64,000 bases of DNA from an uncultured Thermoplasmata archaeon (GTDB lineage: Archaea > Thermoplasmatota > DTKX01 > GCA-020343715), in contig CBDUQW010000003.1 of NCBI GenBank assembly GCA_965369625.1, positions 9,883-73,882 on the forward strand. The letters are read 5' to 3'. The position numbers and the translations under genes are program-made. This document shows, piece by piece, positions 19,997 to 27,717 of this stretch. Numbering within the stretch: position 1 is the first letter of the stretch; every line of letters begins with the position of its first letter. The notes beneath the pieces are model-generated. The model worked only from the letters and a program-made list of their open reading frames with translations, did not search any database and was not told the DNA's origin.

Positions 19997-21283
19997 TTGG
20001 CCGATGAGGAAGGGTGGGACGACGGGTCCAAGGACCCTGACGAAGAGGGCCAGGAGCAAGAGCCACGCAGGGTCAGGCCCCTATTCCGGTTCCGACGCAA
20101 CAAGAACAAGGGGGAGGAGGCAGAACCCCGACCCGAGGAACCGACCGAGGAGGTCGAGGAGGAGGCCCCCGACGACGAGACCTACCCTGCCAGGGTCCGA
20201 CCGGTCCGTGTCGTGAAGTTCGTGCCCGACTCGGACCAACCAATGTCATCAGAGGATGGGGAGGAGGCCCCACACGAGGAGGCCGAGGTCATCGAGGAGG
20301 AGGAGGCCCCGTTCGCATTCACCGAGGAGTTCGGCGCGGAGCAGGCTCCCTTCGAGGAGGCCGAGGATATTGGTGATGAGGCCACTCCCTTCGCCGAGGT
20401 TGATATTATCAAAGAGGAGGAAGCTCCATTCGCGGAGGCTGACGCCGGCGGAGAAGAGGAGACCCCTTTCTCAGATGCCGAGGTCATCGACGAGGGGGAG
20501 CAGGAGCCTCCGTTCGCGGAGGCCGAGGTCGTTGACGAGGAGAAGAAGGAGCCTCCGTTCGCGGAGGCCGAGGTCGTTGACGAGGAGGAGGAGCCTCCAT
20601 TCGTGGAGGCCGAGGTCGTTGACGATGGGGAGGCCCCCTTCACGGTCGAGGAAGCCACAGGGACAGGGATGGCCTTCACAGAGGTCGTCGAGGAGGAACA
20701 GCCCTTCGTTGTCGCCGAGGAGGGGGACGATGTCCCCGAGGTCCCCTTCGCGGTGATCGAGGAGGTGGAACGGGAGGAGGTCGTGGATGATGGCGTCAGT
20801 GCCGAGGAGGAGGCTGAGATGAGCGAGGACCTGGATTTCCGTCAGGAGGAGACCCCCGTCAAGTTCGAACGCAAGGAACCTACGTTCGATGAGGGACCAG
20901 GGAGCTCACCCGATCCTGGCCATGGAGGAGGGATCCCTGCCGTCCCCCTAACCACGACCGAACCAGGCCATGAGGAGATGCCCCACTATCACAAGTACCT
21001 CAAACCCGACGAGGATCTGGTGTCCCGACCCCAGGCCAGGGGTAGGCCCACGGGTTTCGACCAGGACCTGGAGAGCGAGGCCGGTGAGATTGACTTCGGC
21101 ATAGACCTCATCGACCCCCACGAGCGCAAGAAGAAGAAAGCGCCCAAGAAGAGCGGGGACCAATCCACACAACTAAAGAAGGGGACCATCGGAAGCCACG
21201 ATAGCGATGGCGAGGTGGGGACCCGAGAGCTGGGTGTGGACATTGGCGTTGACTATTCCAAGCGGAGGAAGAGGAGGCTCTGA
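19997..21283 (+). CDS. Highly acidic, low-complexity protein with about 11 PF-centred short repeats and a basic C-terminal tail; function unknown
   Basis: The ORF has high GC3. It contains repeats such as EEAPFAEADA, QEPPFAEAEVVDE, KEPPFAEAEVVDE and EEPPFVEAEVVDD. The C-terminus is KKKKAPKK...KRRKRRL. The track start is TTG, so the true start is uncertain. Confidence 0.6.
   Translation: MADEEGWDDGSKDPDEEGQEQEPRRVRPLFRFRRNKNKGEEAEPRPEEPTEEVEEEAPDDETYPARVRPVRVVKFVPDSDQPMSSEDGEEAPHEEAEVIEEEEAPFAFTEEFGAEQAPFEEAEDIGDEATPFAEVDIIKEEEAPFAEADAGGEEETPFSDAEVIDEGEQEPPFAEAEVVDEEKKEPPFAEAEVVDEEEEPPFVEAEVVDDGEAPFTVEEATGTGMAFTEVVEEEQPFVVAEEGDDVPEVPFAVIEEVEREEVVDDGVSAEEEAEMSEDLDFRQEETPVKFERKEPTFDEGPGSSPDPGHGGGIPAVPLTTTEPGHEEMPHYHKYLKPDEDLVSRPQARGRPTGFDQDLESEAGEIDFGIDLIDPHERKKKKAPKKSGDQSTQLKKGTIGSHDSDGEVGTRELGVDIGVDYSKRRKRRL
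20504..20630 (+). repeat. Tandem direct repeat (units of 45, 42 and about 40 bp) inside the acidic protein gene
   Basis: GAGCCTCCGTTCGCGGAGGCCGAGGTCGTTGACGAGGAG... starts at 20504, 20549 and 20591 with near-perfect nucleotide identity. Confidence 0.85.
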
Positions 21284-21332
21284 CACCACTTGAACGTTCA
21301 TTTGGAGACCACGAGGGAAGGTGGCTGGTAGG

Positions 21333-22490
21333 ATGATACCACAATCAGAGATCGCGTCGATACTCGAGGGATACGATTTCTCGAAGGCGAAGATAGGCAT
21401 GATAGCCTCGCACTCAGCGTTGGATGTTTGCGACGGGGGGAAGGACGAGGATTTCGAGACCATCGCGTTCTGCCAGAAGGGCAGGGAGCGGACCTACTCC
21501 GAGTACTTCAAGTCCCACTACGACGACGGTGGGAACCTGGTCCGGGGAATGGTGGACCGCACCGTGGTCTACGACAGGTTCAAGGAGATAATGGCCCCCG
21601 AGGAGCAGCGGAAGATCATCGATGACAACATCCTGTTCATCCCGAACAGGTCGTTCACCTCCTACGTTGACATGGGTGAGATAGAGGAGAACTTCAGGGT
21701 GCCCATGTTCGGCAACCGCTCGATGCTCAGGACCGAGGAGAGGGAGGAGGAGAAGAGCTACTACTGGCTCCTGGAGAAGGCTGGCCTGCCCTTCCCTGAG
21801 AGGATCGAGGACCCGGCGGACATCGATTCCCTGGTCATGGTCAAGTTGCACCACGCCGTGAAGAAGCTGGAGCGTGGTTTCTTCACCGCTGCATCCACCG
21901 CCGAGTACCACGAGAAGGCCCGGATTCTTATCAAGCAGGGCGTGATAACCGAGGAGGACCTGGCCATCGGTCGTATCGAGAGGTACATCATCGGACCGGT
22001 CTTCAATTTCGACATGTTCTACTCCCCCATCGAGACCCATGGCAGCAAGCTGGAGCTCCTCGGGATCGACTGGAGGTTCGAGACCTCCCTTGACGGGCAT
22101 GTCAGGTTGCCCGCTCCCCAGCAGATGTCGCTGCTCGAGTCGCAGACCTACCCTGAGTACACCGTCTGCGGGCACAACTCGTGCACCCTTCGCGAATCAC
22201 TGCTGGAGAAGGCCTTCAAGCTGGGCGAGATATTCGTGGAGGCCGCGAAGGAGCATTACCATCCGGGTGTGATCGGCCCGTTCTGTCTCCAGACCTGTGT
22301 GGACAAGGACCTGAACTTCTACATATACGATGTCGCTCCCAGGGTCGGAGGGGGTACCAACGTGCATATGAGCGTGGGCCACCCGTACGGGAACGCACTA
22401 TGGAGGGTGCCTGTGAGCACTGGACGGAGGATCGCCATGGAGGTCCGTCGCGCCATCGAGGCCGACAAGGTCTCCGAGGTGTTCTGGTAA
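21333..22490 (+). CDS. purP: 5-formaminoimidazole-4-carboxamide ribonucleotide (FAICAR) synthetase, archaeal ATP-grasp PurP
   Basis: The N-terminus ...KIGMIASHSALDVCDGGKDEDF... and the overall length match the PurP family. ATG 21333 has GAAGGTGG upstream. The track start at 21321 is a GTG 12 nt further up. Confidence 0.85.
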   Translation: MIPQSEIASILEGYDFSKAKIGMIASHSALDVCDGGKDEDFETIAFCQKGRERTYSEYFKSHYDDGGNLVRGMVDRTVVYDRFKEIMAPEEQRKIIDDNILFIPNRSFTSYVDMGEIEENFRVPMFGNRSMLRTEEREEEKSYYWLLEKAGLPFPERIEDPADIDSLVMVKLHHAVKKLERGFFTAASTAEYHEKARILIKQGVITEEDLAIGRIERYIIGPVFNFDMFYSPIETHGSKLELLGIDWRFETSLDGHVRLPAPQQMSLLESQTYPEYTVCGHNSCTLRESLLEKAFKLGEIFVEAAKEHYHPGVIGPFCLQTCVDKDLNFYIYDVAPRVGGGTNVHMSVGHPYGNALWRVPVSTGRRIAMEVRRAIEADKVSEVFW

Positions 22491-22504
22491 AGGAAAAGGA
22501 GGAT

Positions 22505-23242
22505 GTGCACACGAAGGACGAGGAACCCAAGGGACCGGTCGACCCCGAAGCCGAGGATGGACCGGAAGGTGAACCCGACATCGTGGAGGGAGAGACCGAG
22601 GATACCGAGGCCGAGTCAGAGGAGGAGGAGGGACCCACCTCTGAGCACGCCGGCATGATCCAAGACCTGGACCGCCTCTTGTGCGTCTACTACAGCGAGC
22701 AGGTGGCGAACGACCTCATGGAGCTGGTGGAGGGCATCGACGTGCTCCTGGTGGGGTGCGAGGACGGGTACGCCCTCAGCTCCCTCGCCCTGGCTGGCCA
22801 CAACGTCACCGCCCTGGACTTCGACCCAGGACACCTGCGCAGGTGCCAGAAGGTGCTCCGCGGGTGGCACCAGATCCGCTTCGTCAGGCTGGAGGGCAAC
22901 GCCTTCCCCTTCGCGGCTGGTTCCTTTGACACCGTGCTCGTCAGCCTCTTCGTCCACCACGCGACCAATCCTGCCCGGGTGTTCGTCGAGTGCGCCCGGG
23001 TACTCAGGCCAGGAGGGAAGGTCGTCATCGCCGACCTGGTAAAGCACGAGGAGACATGGATGATGGACACCCTCCGCGACGTCTGGCTCGGCTTCACCTC
23101 GGATGAGGTCAGGGGTTGGATGGAGGACGCGGACCTTAGCGACATCGTGGTCCACGACATCGACTCCAAGTGCACCGGTCCCGACTTCGATGAGCACGAG
23201 GCCTCGGTGGACATCCTCGTGATAACGGCGAAGAAGAAGTAG
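22505..23242 (+). CDS. Class I SAM-dependent methyltransferase with an acidic N-terminal extension
   Basis: Motif I-like VLLVGCEDGYAL, post-I VTALDFD, and ARVLRPGGKVVIADL are typical of the Methyltransf_11/25 type. The track ORF (from 22181) overlaps purP and is a run-on. GTG 22505 follows GGAGG. ATG 22655 is an alternative start. Confidence 0.75.
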   Translation: MHTKDEEPKGPVDPEAEDGPEGEPDIVEGETEDTEAESEEEEGPTSEHAGMIQDLDRLLCVYYSEQVANDLMELVEGIDVLLVGCEDGYALSSLALAGHNVTALDFDPGHLRRCQKVLRGWHQIRFVRLEGNAFPFAAGSFDTVLVSLFVHHATNPARVFVECARVLRPGGKVVIADLVKHEETWMMDTLRDVWLGFTSDEVRGWMEDADLSDIVVHDIDSKCTGPDFDEHEASVDILVITAKKK

Positions 23243-23262
23243 CGGTCCGGTCCCGACCCGAC

Positions 23263-24114
23263 CTAAGGTGCCTTCGTGGTGCTGTCCACCTGGTACTCCA
23301 CAGACCATTCGAAGGTGTAGTGGTTCCCACCATCCCCGAGGTTGGGTCTCGGGTCGTCCGTTGTCCAGGGGCCGCAGTCCTCGGTCGACACGATGAAGTC
23401 GATCCGGATCATCTGGTAGTACGGTTCAGGAAGGTACTTGGCCCCCTGGGGAGAGGCCACCGCGATGGGTGCGCCCAGCTCCTCCACCAGGTCGATGTCG
23501 ATGGTGATCTCGGCCTGCTGACCGATGGTGTTGAAAACGAGTTCGGTCTCCCACTCGCCCAGCCCATCCTGGATGATGATGCGGAGCTTGAACCCGTCGG
23601 GCTGGTTGGTGTAGCCGATGGCGGGCGCGGAGGTCGGTGGCGAGGTCTCATCCGCCCAGGTGACGTGACCAACGAGACGGGTGACGAAGATGACCTCGGA
23701 GGCATTGGCCTGGATACGGACCAGGTATGGAGAGTTCTGGCCGACCAGGTTGGTGTTATCCGAAGTGTCGCTGTCGACCTCCGTTGCCAGCCCTGACCGG
23801 TCCCACTCGGAGACGGGGATGTGGACGACGTTATCGCCGCCGTTCCCGATGCCTCCGGAACCAGTGATCCAGATCGATAACATGACCACGAACAGGACGA
23901 TGGCCAGGAAGCCCACCAGGACGACCATCTTGTCCCGCTTGTCCAGGCCCCCGTACCAATCCTTTCCCTTCTGGTAGGTCCGGCCAGGCATGGCGGTGAC
24001 CTTGGCCGCCGACCCCTTGGCACCAGACGCGTCAGCGACGGCGCTGGGGGCGGCCTCCTCGCGAGGCGCGACCTGGATGTCAGCTTCTCCAACATCAACT
24101 TCGTCGTCAGCCAT
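23263..24114 (-). CDS. Single-pass membrane protein with a beta-rich extracellular domain; function unknown
   Basis: The protein has an acidic N-terminus, one TM (MVVLVGFLAIVLFVVMLSIWITG) and a roughly 200-aa C-terminal domain. GC3 is high. ATG is at 24114, with GTG 24120 as an alternative. Confidence 0.6.
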   Translation of the reverse strand: MADDEVDVGEADIQVAPREEAAPSAVADASGAKGSAAKVTAMPGRTYQKGKDWYGGLDKRDKMVVLVGFLAIVLFVVMLSIWITGSGGIGNGGDNVVHIPVSEWDRSGLATEVDSDTSDNTNLVGQNSPYLVRIQANASEVIFVTRLVGHVTWADETSPPTSAPAIGYTNQPDGFKLRIIIQDGLGEWETELVFNTIGQQAEITIDIDLVEELGAPIAVASPQGAKYLPEPYYQMIRIDFIVSTEDCGPWTTDDPRPNLGDGGNHYTFEWSVEYQVDSTTKAP

Positions 24115-24197
24115 GGGCACACCTGGCTCGATGGTGAAGGTGATTTACCCAGATAAGGGTTTTGCGTTTACTGCCGGCGGGGGGTGTCGTGGAGCCA

Positions 24198-24527
24198 TCA
24201 TTCACCCAGGGCTTCCTTGTACAATGCCTTTGTCTCCAGCTCGGTAGTTATCCGCTGGCGATCGGGTTGGGAGATCACGACGTTGTAGGGCACTAACTCC
24301 TCGTCGAAGTCATCCATCGTCTTGCCCGCGTCCAGGAAGACGACGAAATGAGAACTGGTGCCATGGACGTTGAATATCGCGACAGCGTCCTGGGGGTCGA
24401 CCTCGCGTTTCTCGATGGTCGCCCTGAACAAAACGAACGGTTTGAGGTCCTCGACGACCTGCCTTACCTTCGTGATGGTCAGGAGGACGGCTCGGAACTT
24501 GCCGGGTTTCCTGCCCTCTTCACCCAA
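24198..24527 (-). CDS. Small hypothetical protein (109 aa) immediately downstream of hdrB, probably cotranscribed
   Basis: The start lies 11 nt downstream of the hdrB stop on the same strand. GC3 is high. I recognised no motif. The start is TTG in the track. Confidence 0.5.
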   Translation of the reverse strand: MGEEGRKPGKFRAVLLTITKVRQVVEDLKPFVLFRATIEKREVDPQDAVAIFNVHGTSSHFVVFLDAGKTMDDFDEELVPYNVVISQPDRQRITTELETKALYKEALGE

Positions 24528-24538
24528 TCGATCACGAC

Positions 24539-25399
24539 CTAGATATCCACGGGAGTGTCGTGCAGACCGAAGCCCATCAGCTTCCTGTCCATCCCGAAGG
24601 CCAAGCCGTACAGCTGCGACAGGTGGAGCACGGGGTACTGCTTCTCCCTTCCAAGGTCCTTCTGTCCCCTGTCATACTGCAGATGACAGAAGGGGCACAC
24701 GTCGAGGATGAGGTCGACCTCCACCTCGTCAAGGTACTTCAGCTTCTCCTCCGTCATCTTCAGGGCGACGTCGGGGGTGTTCGCCCGAACACCTCCACCG
24801 GCCCCACAGCACATCTGCTTGTGGCGATATTCAACCGACTTCGCACCCGTGGCCTCCACCAGGTCCTCCAGGAGGTGGGGGGTCTCCGGGTTGTCCAGGT
24901 TCCTGACCGCACTGGGCTTGAGGAAGTGGCAGCCGTAATGGATGGCGATGTTGAGATGGTCCAGCGAGTGCGTGACCTTCTTCGCTATGGCGTCGGGTCC
25001 AAGGTCCTTATGCAAGACCTCGGCGAAGTGGCGGACCTGGGTCTTGCCCTTGTACTCCTTGCTGCCGGCCTTCTTCAAGATCTTGTTGACCTCATCGCGC
25101 TTCGCATCGTCGTGGTTGAGGACGTGGGCGGCCTCGTCGAGGGAGCCATAGCAGCCGTTGCACACCGTCAGGATGTCCAGCTTGGCCTCTTGCGCGGCCA
25201 CCAGATTATGGGCGGCCAGCGACAGCCAAGTGGGGGAATGGAGGGAACGGGTGACGCCAGGCGCCGGGCAACAGGAGAACTCCTCCACGTCCACAAGTTC
25301 GAAGCCCAGCTCCTTCATGATCTCCCGGGTCGAACTCTCGATGCCGGGATAGCGCATCGGCATGATACAGCCAAGGAAGAACGCGTACTTGGACATCAC
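24539..25399 (-). CDS. hdrB: Heterodisulfide reductase subunit B (two CCG domains)
   Basis: It has FFLGCIMPMRYPGIE, SCCPAPG, VCNGC, MCCGAGGG and VCPFCHLQY, which is the canonical HdrB cysteine pattern. It overlaps hdrC by 4 nt. Confidence 0.92.
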   Translation of the reverse strand: MMSKYAFFLGCIMPMRYPGIESSTREIMKELGFELVDVEEFSCCPAPGVTRSLHSPTWLSLAAHNLVAAQEAKLDILTVCNGCYGSLDEAAHVLNHDDAKRDEVNKILKKAGSKEYKGKTQVRHFAEVLHKDLGPDAIAKKVTHSLDHLNIAIHYGCHFLKPSAVRNLDNPETPHLLEDLVEATGAKSVEYRHKQMCCGAGGGVRANTPDVALKMTEEKLKYLDEVEVDLILDVCPFCHLQYDRGQKDLGREKQYPVLHLSQLYGLAFGMDRKLMGFGLHDTPVDI

Positions 25400-25914
25400 T
25401 TACCCCCCTTCTTAACCAAGTCGAAGAAACCGGTTTCCTTCATTATCTTCAGGACGACCTCCTGGTTCTTCTTGTTGGAAAGTACCGTGGGCGGGGTCTC
25501 GGCCAACCCCAGGGCCTTGCGGGCCTTCATCATGGGCTCCTTGAGCGGGACCATGTGACCCGTCTTTGCCAGCGCCCTTCCGACGCGGATGTGTTGTTCT
25601 TGCATGTATCCCGCCTCCACGGCCATGTTCCGCATGACCATGACTATGTCCGTCACCTCGACCCCTCGCGGGCACCGCTCCTGGCACGTGTAGCACGTGG
25701 TGCACATCCAAAGGTCCTCGGATGCGAGGACCTTGTCAGCGATGCCCAGCTGGGCCCATCGGATGAGCTTCCGGATCCTGAAGGCCGTCTGACGCCCCGA
25801 GGGACAGCTCCCGGTGCAGGTCCCGCACTGGAAGCATCGTAAAAGAGTCGTTCCACCCCGCTCTATGATCTGCTGGGGGAACTTGTTATCAGGTTTGAAT
25901 ACTGCTTCACCCAT
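25396..25914 (-). CDS. hdrC: Heterodisulfide reductase subunit C (2x[4Fe-4S] ferredoxin-like)
   Basis: It has CFQCGTCTGSCPSG and CTTCYTCQERCPRGV. Confidence 0.92.
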   Translation of the reverse strand: MGEAVFKPDNKFPQQIIERGGTTLLRCFQCGTCTGSCPSGRQTAFRIRKLIRWAQLGIADKVLASEDLWMCTTCYTCQERCPRGVEVTDIVMVMRNMAVEAGYMQEQHIRVGRALAKTGHMVPLKEPMMKARKALGLAETPPTVLSNKKNQEVVLKIMKETGFFDLVKKGGK

Positions 25915-26148
25915 GGTAAGTCCCGAGGCTGAACCGGTAAATCCATATTTATAATTATGCTGCTGGCCCGTTTTGGTTTACCATTAGGGGTAAATCAATA
26001 TCATAAAGATTGCCAGTAAGGATGCGTACCATGAAAAGCGATGTGAATTATTCATCGGTCTGACCTTGATCCTTCAAACTGTGTAAACAAAAGACATTGA
26101 GACGATAGACAAGCATAAAATAGTAAGTGCGAACATGATGCCAGTGAG

Positions 26149-26601
26149 ATGTCGGGTGATTTCTTGGACATAAGAGGGATAATCAAAACGAAGGACATCG
26201 AGATGGTCGATGGGACCTCCACCGTAGCTGATGTCGTCGGGAAGATGATGGACCGTAGGATTGGAAGTGTGATCGTCAAACGGAACACTACTAACGAGCC
26301 GTACGGTATCATCACGCGCCGGGACGTGCTGTTCCGGGTGATCGCCGAGGGCCTCGACCCGCGGGAGGTCAAGGCGACGGAGATCATGTCCTCCCCGGTG
26401 GTCATCCTCAACAACGTGGACCTGGACGTGAGGTACGCCGCGAAGGCGATGGCCAACGCGGGGGTGTCCAACCTGGTCATCTTCGATGGTGGAGACGTTT
26501 ACGGGTTCCTCTCCTCGACGGACATCATCGATGCCATCAGAATGAACCTGACCGTCAAGGCCCTCGCCTCCAATACCGAGGACATATCCGGCGGTTGCTG
26601 A
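26149..26601 (+). CDS. CBS-domain pair protein
   Basis: Two CBS-like units are present (..VADVVGKMMDRRIGSVIVK.. and ..VRYAAKAMANAGVSNLVIFD..), in a protein of 150 aa. Confidence 0.75.
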   Translation: MSGDFLDIRGIIKTKDIEMVDGTSTVADVVGKMMDRRIGSVIVKRNTTNEPYGIITRRDVLFRVIAEGLDPREVKATEIMSSPVVILNNVDLDVRYAAKAMANAGVSNLVIFDGGDVYGFLSSTDIIDAIRMNLTVKALASNTEDISGGC

Positions 26602-26627
26602 GCCGGGGTCGACCCCACCATGGACCG

Positions 26628-27443
26628 TCATCGGCCACGGGTTAGCTCCATGAGCACGCCTTGGACCTTGGTCTCCGAATCCTCGTGGACAACACCGAGT
26701 ATCGTGTAGTCCGTGATCACCTTGGTACTGATGCTACGCCTCGTGAGGCCCTTGCGCAATGATATGCTCTCGTTGATGAAGAATGAGAGGTGTGAGTCGA
26801 GGAGGCTGTCCGACTCAGAGACGAACCTCACCACCTTGTGTGGTATGCCTTGCTCCTTCAGGTATTCGAACCCGATGCGCTGGGGGCCGTACCTGAACAG
26901 GGCGAACTCCTCCCCCCGGTCCACCCAGAGGAGCGAGTCGTGACCCACCTCCTTGATAGTGTGGTCCCTGAAGGTCTCGTAGGCGAATATCGGGTCATCC
27001 AGGATCATAAGGTCAACCTGACCCGCTATGAACAGGCGCATGTTGGTCTCATCGTCGCTCACCATCACCGATACCCGCCGTCGCTCCCGCTCGATGCGCG
27101 AGAGGGCCTGGTGGACACGGGGGCGCGTGATCGGGGTGCACGCCACCACAGGATTCGTGGCTGGTCGCGTCCGCCTCGAGAATTCATCGTAGGCCATGAT
27201 AAGGTCGCGGCCCACCTCCGTCAGGCGGGTGCCCCTGTTGTCGGTCACCACCAGGGCCTCTCCTACCTTCCTCTCCGCCCGGGAGAGGCGACGGTGCAGC
27301 ACGGGCAGCGATATCCTAAGTTCCTCGGCGGCGTCCTTCTGGGAGCCCTTCTTCGCTACCGCTATAAGGGCGTTCAGCTCACGCTCGGTGACCTGACCGT
27401 TCTCGAAGGAGAAGGTGATGCAGGGTCGGGCCTTGAGGCGCAC
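26628..27443 (-). CDS. LysR/ModE-type HTH transcriptional regulator with a periplasmic-binding-protein-like effector domain
   Basis: The HTH region is LNALIAVAKKGSQKDAAEELRISLPVLHRRLSRAERKVGEALVV..RGTRLTEVG. A C-terminal alpha/beta domain of about 190 aa follows. The gene is divergent from hdrA. Confidence 0.7.
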   Translation of the reverse strand: MRLKARPCITFSFENGQVTERELNALIAVAKKGSQKDAAEELRISLPVLHRRLSRAERKVGEALVVTDNRGTRLTEVGRDLIMAYDEFSRRTRPATNPVVACTPITRPRVHQALSRIERERRRVSVMVSDDETNMRLFIAGQVDLMILDDPIFAYETFRDHTIKEVGHDSLLWVDRGEEFALFRYGPQRIGFEYLKEQGIPHKVVRFVSESDSLLDSHLSFFINESISLRKGLTRRSISTKVITDYTILGVVHEDSETKVQGVLMELTRGR

Positions 27444-27641
27444 GACCGTGAATCGCTTCCAAGATATCTTAGCTTTGCCCCATTGTATTTGTATAGCATG
27501 ATATATCTCATACCCCCAAGTTTGGTTCGAGACTCCGTCAATCTAAAAATATATGCCCCATTTCTTAGAGTGCATGAGCAGTGTAAAATAATCGATTGGG
27601 TTTGGTACTGGGGGTAAACCCAACGCGGATTCTCTCAAGGG

Positions 27642-27650
27642 TTTAAATAA
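27642..27650 (+). promoter_or_regulatory. Candidate TATA box for the 19.4-kb hdr/mvh operon
   Basis: TTTAAATAA lies 68 nt upstream of the hdrA start. It is flanked by a GGGTTT...AAACCC inverted repeat (27599-27622). Confidence 0.45.
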
Positions 27651-27717
27651 GATACTGGAGCCCTCGTCACGGAGTGTCACGGTAGCGTTATAACCCCATT
27701 GGGTCTACATCCCAGCG

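Noticed and set aside
22181-22504. The 5' extension of the methyltransferase ORF, which overlaps purP by about 310 nt. The equivalent upstream extensions are 30818-31237, 34537-34716, 42172-42384, 52147-52467 and 53877-54104.
   Set aside because: In each case the upstream part is an alternative frame of the preceding well-supported gene. A start codon that overlaps or abuts the preceding stop gives a protein beginning at the expected family N-terminus.
4600-22650. Several poly-acidic segments (the surface-protein tail, the PF-repeat protein and the methyltransferase N-terminus) plus PGF-CTERM, considered as evidence for a salt-in halophile.
   Set aside because: Ordinary enzymes in the window (TrxB, PurP, Hdr and Hyp proteins) keep normal Lys/Arg content by eye. 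Proteome-wide pI statistics would be needed, so no claim is made.
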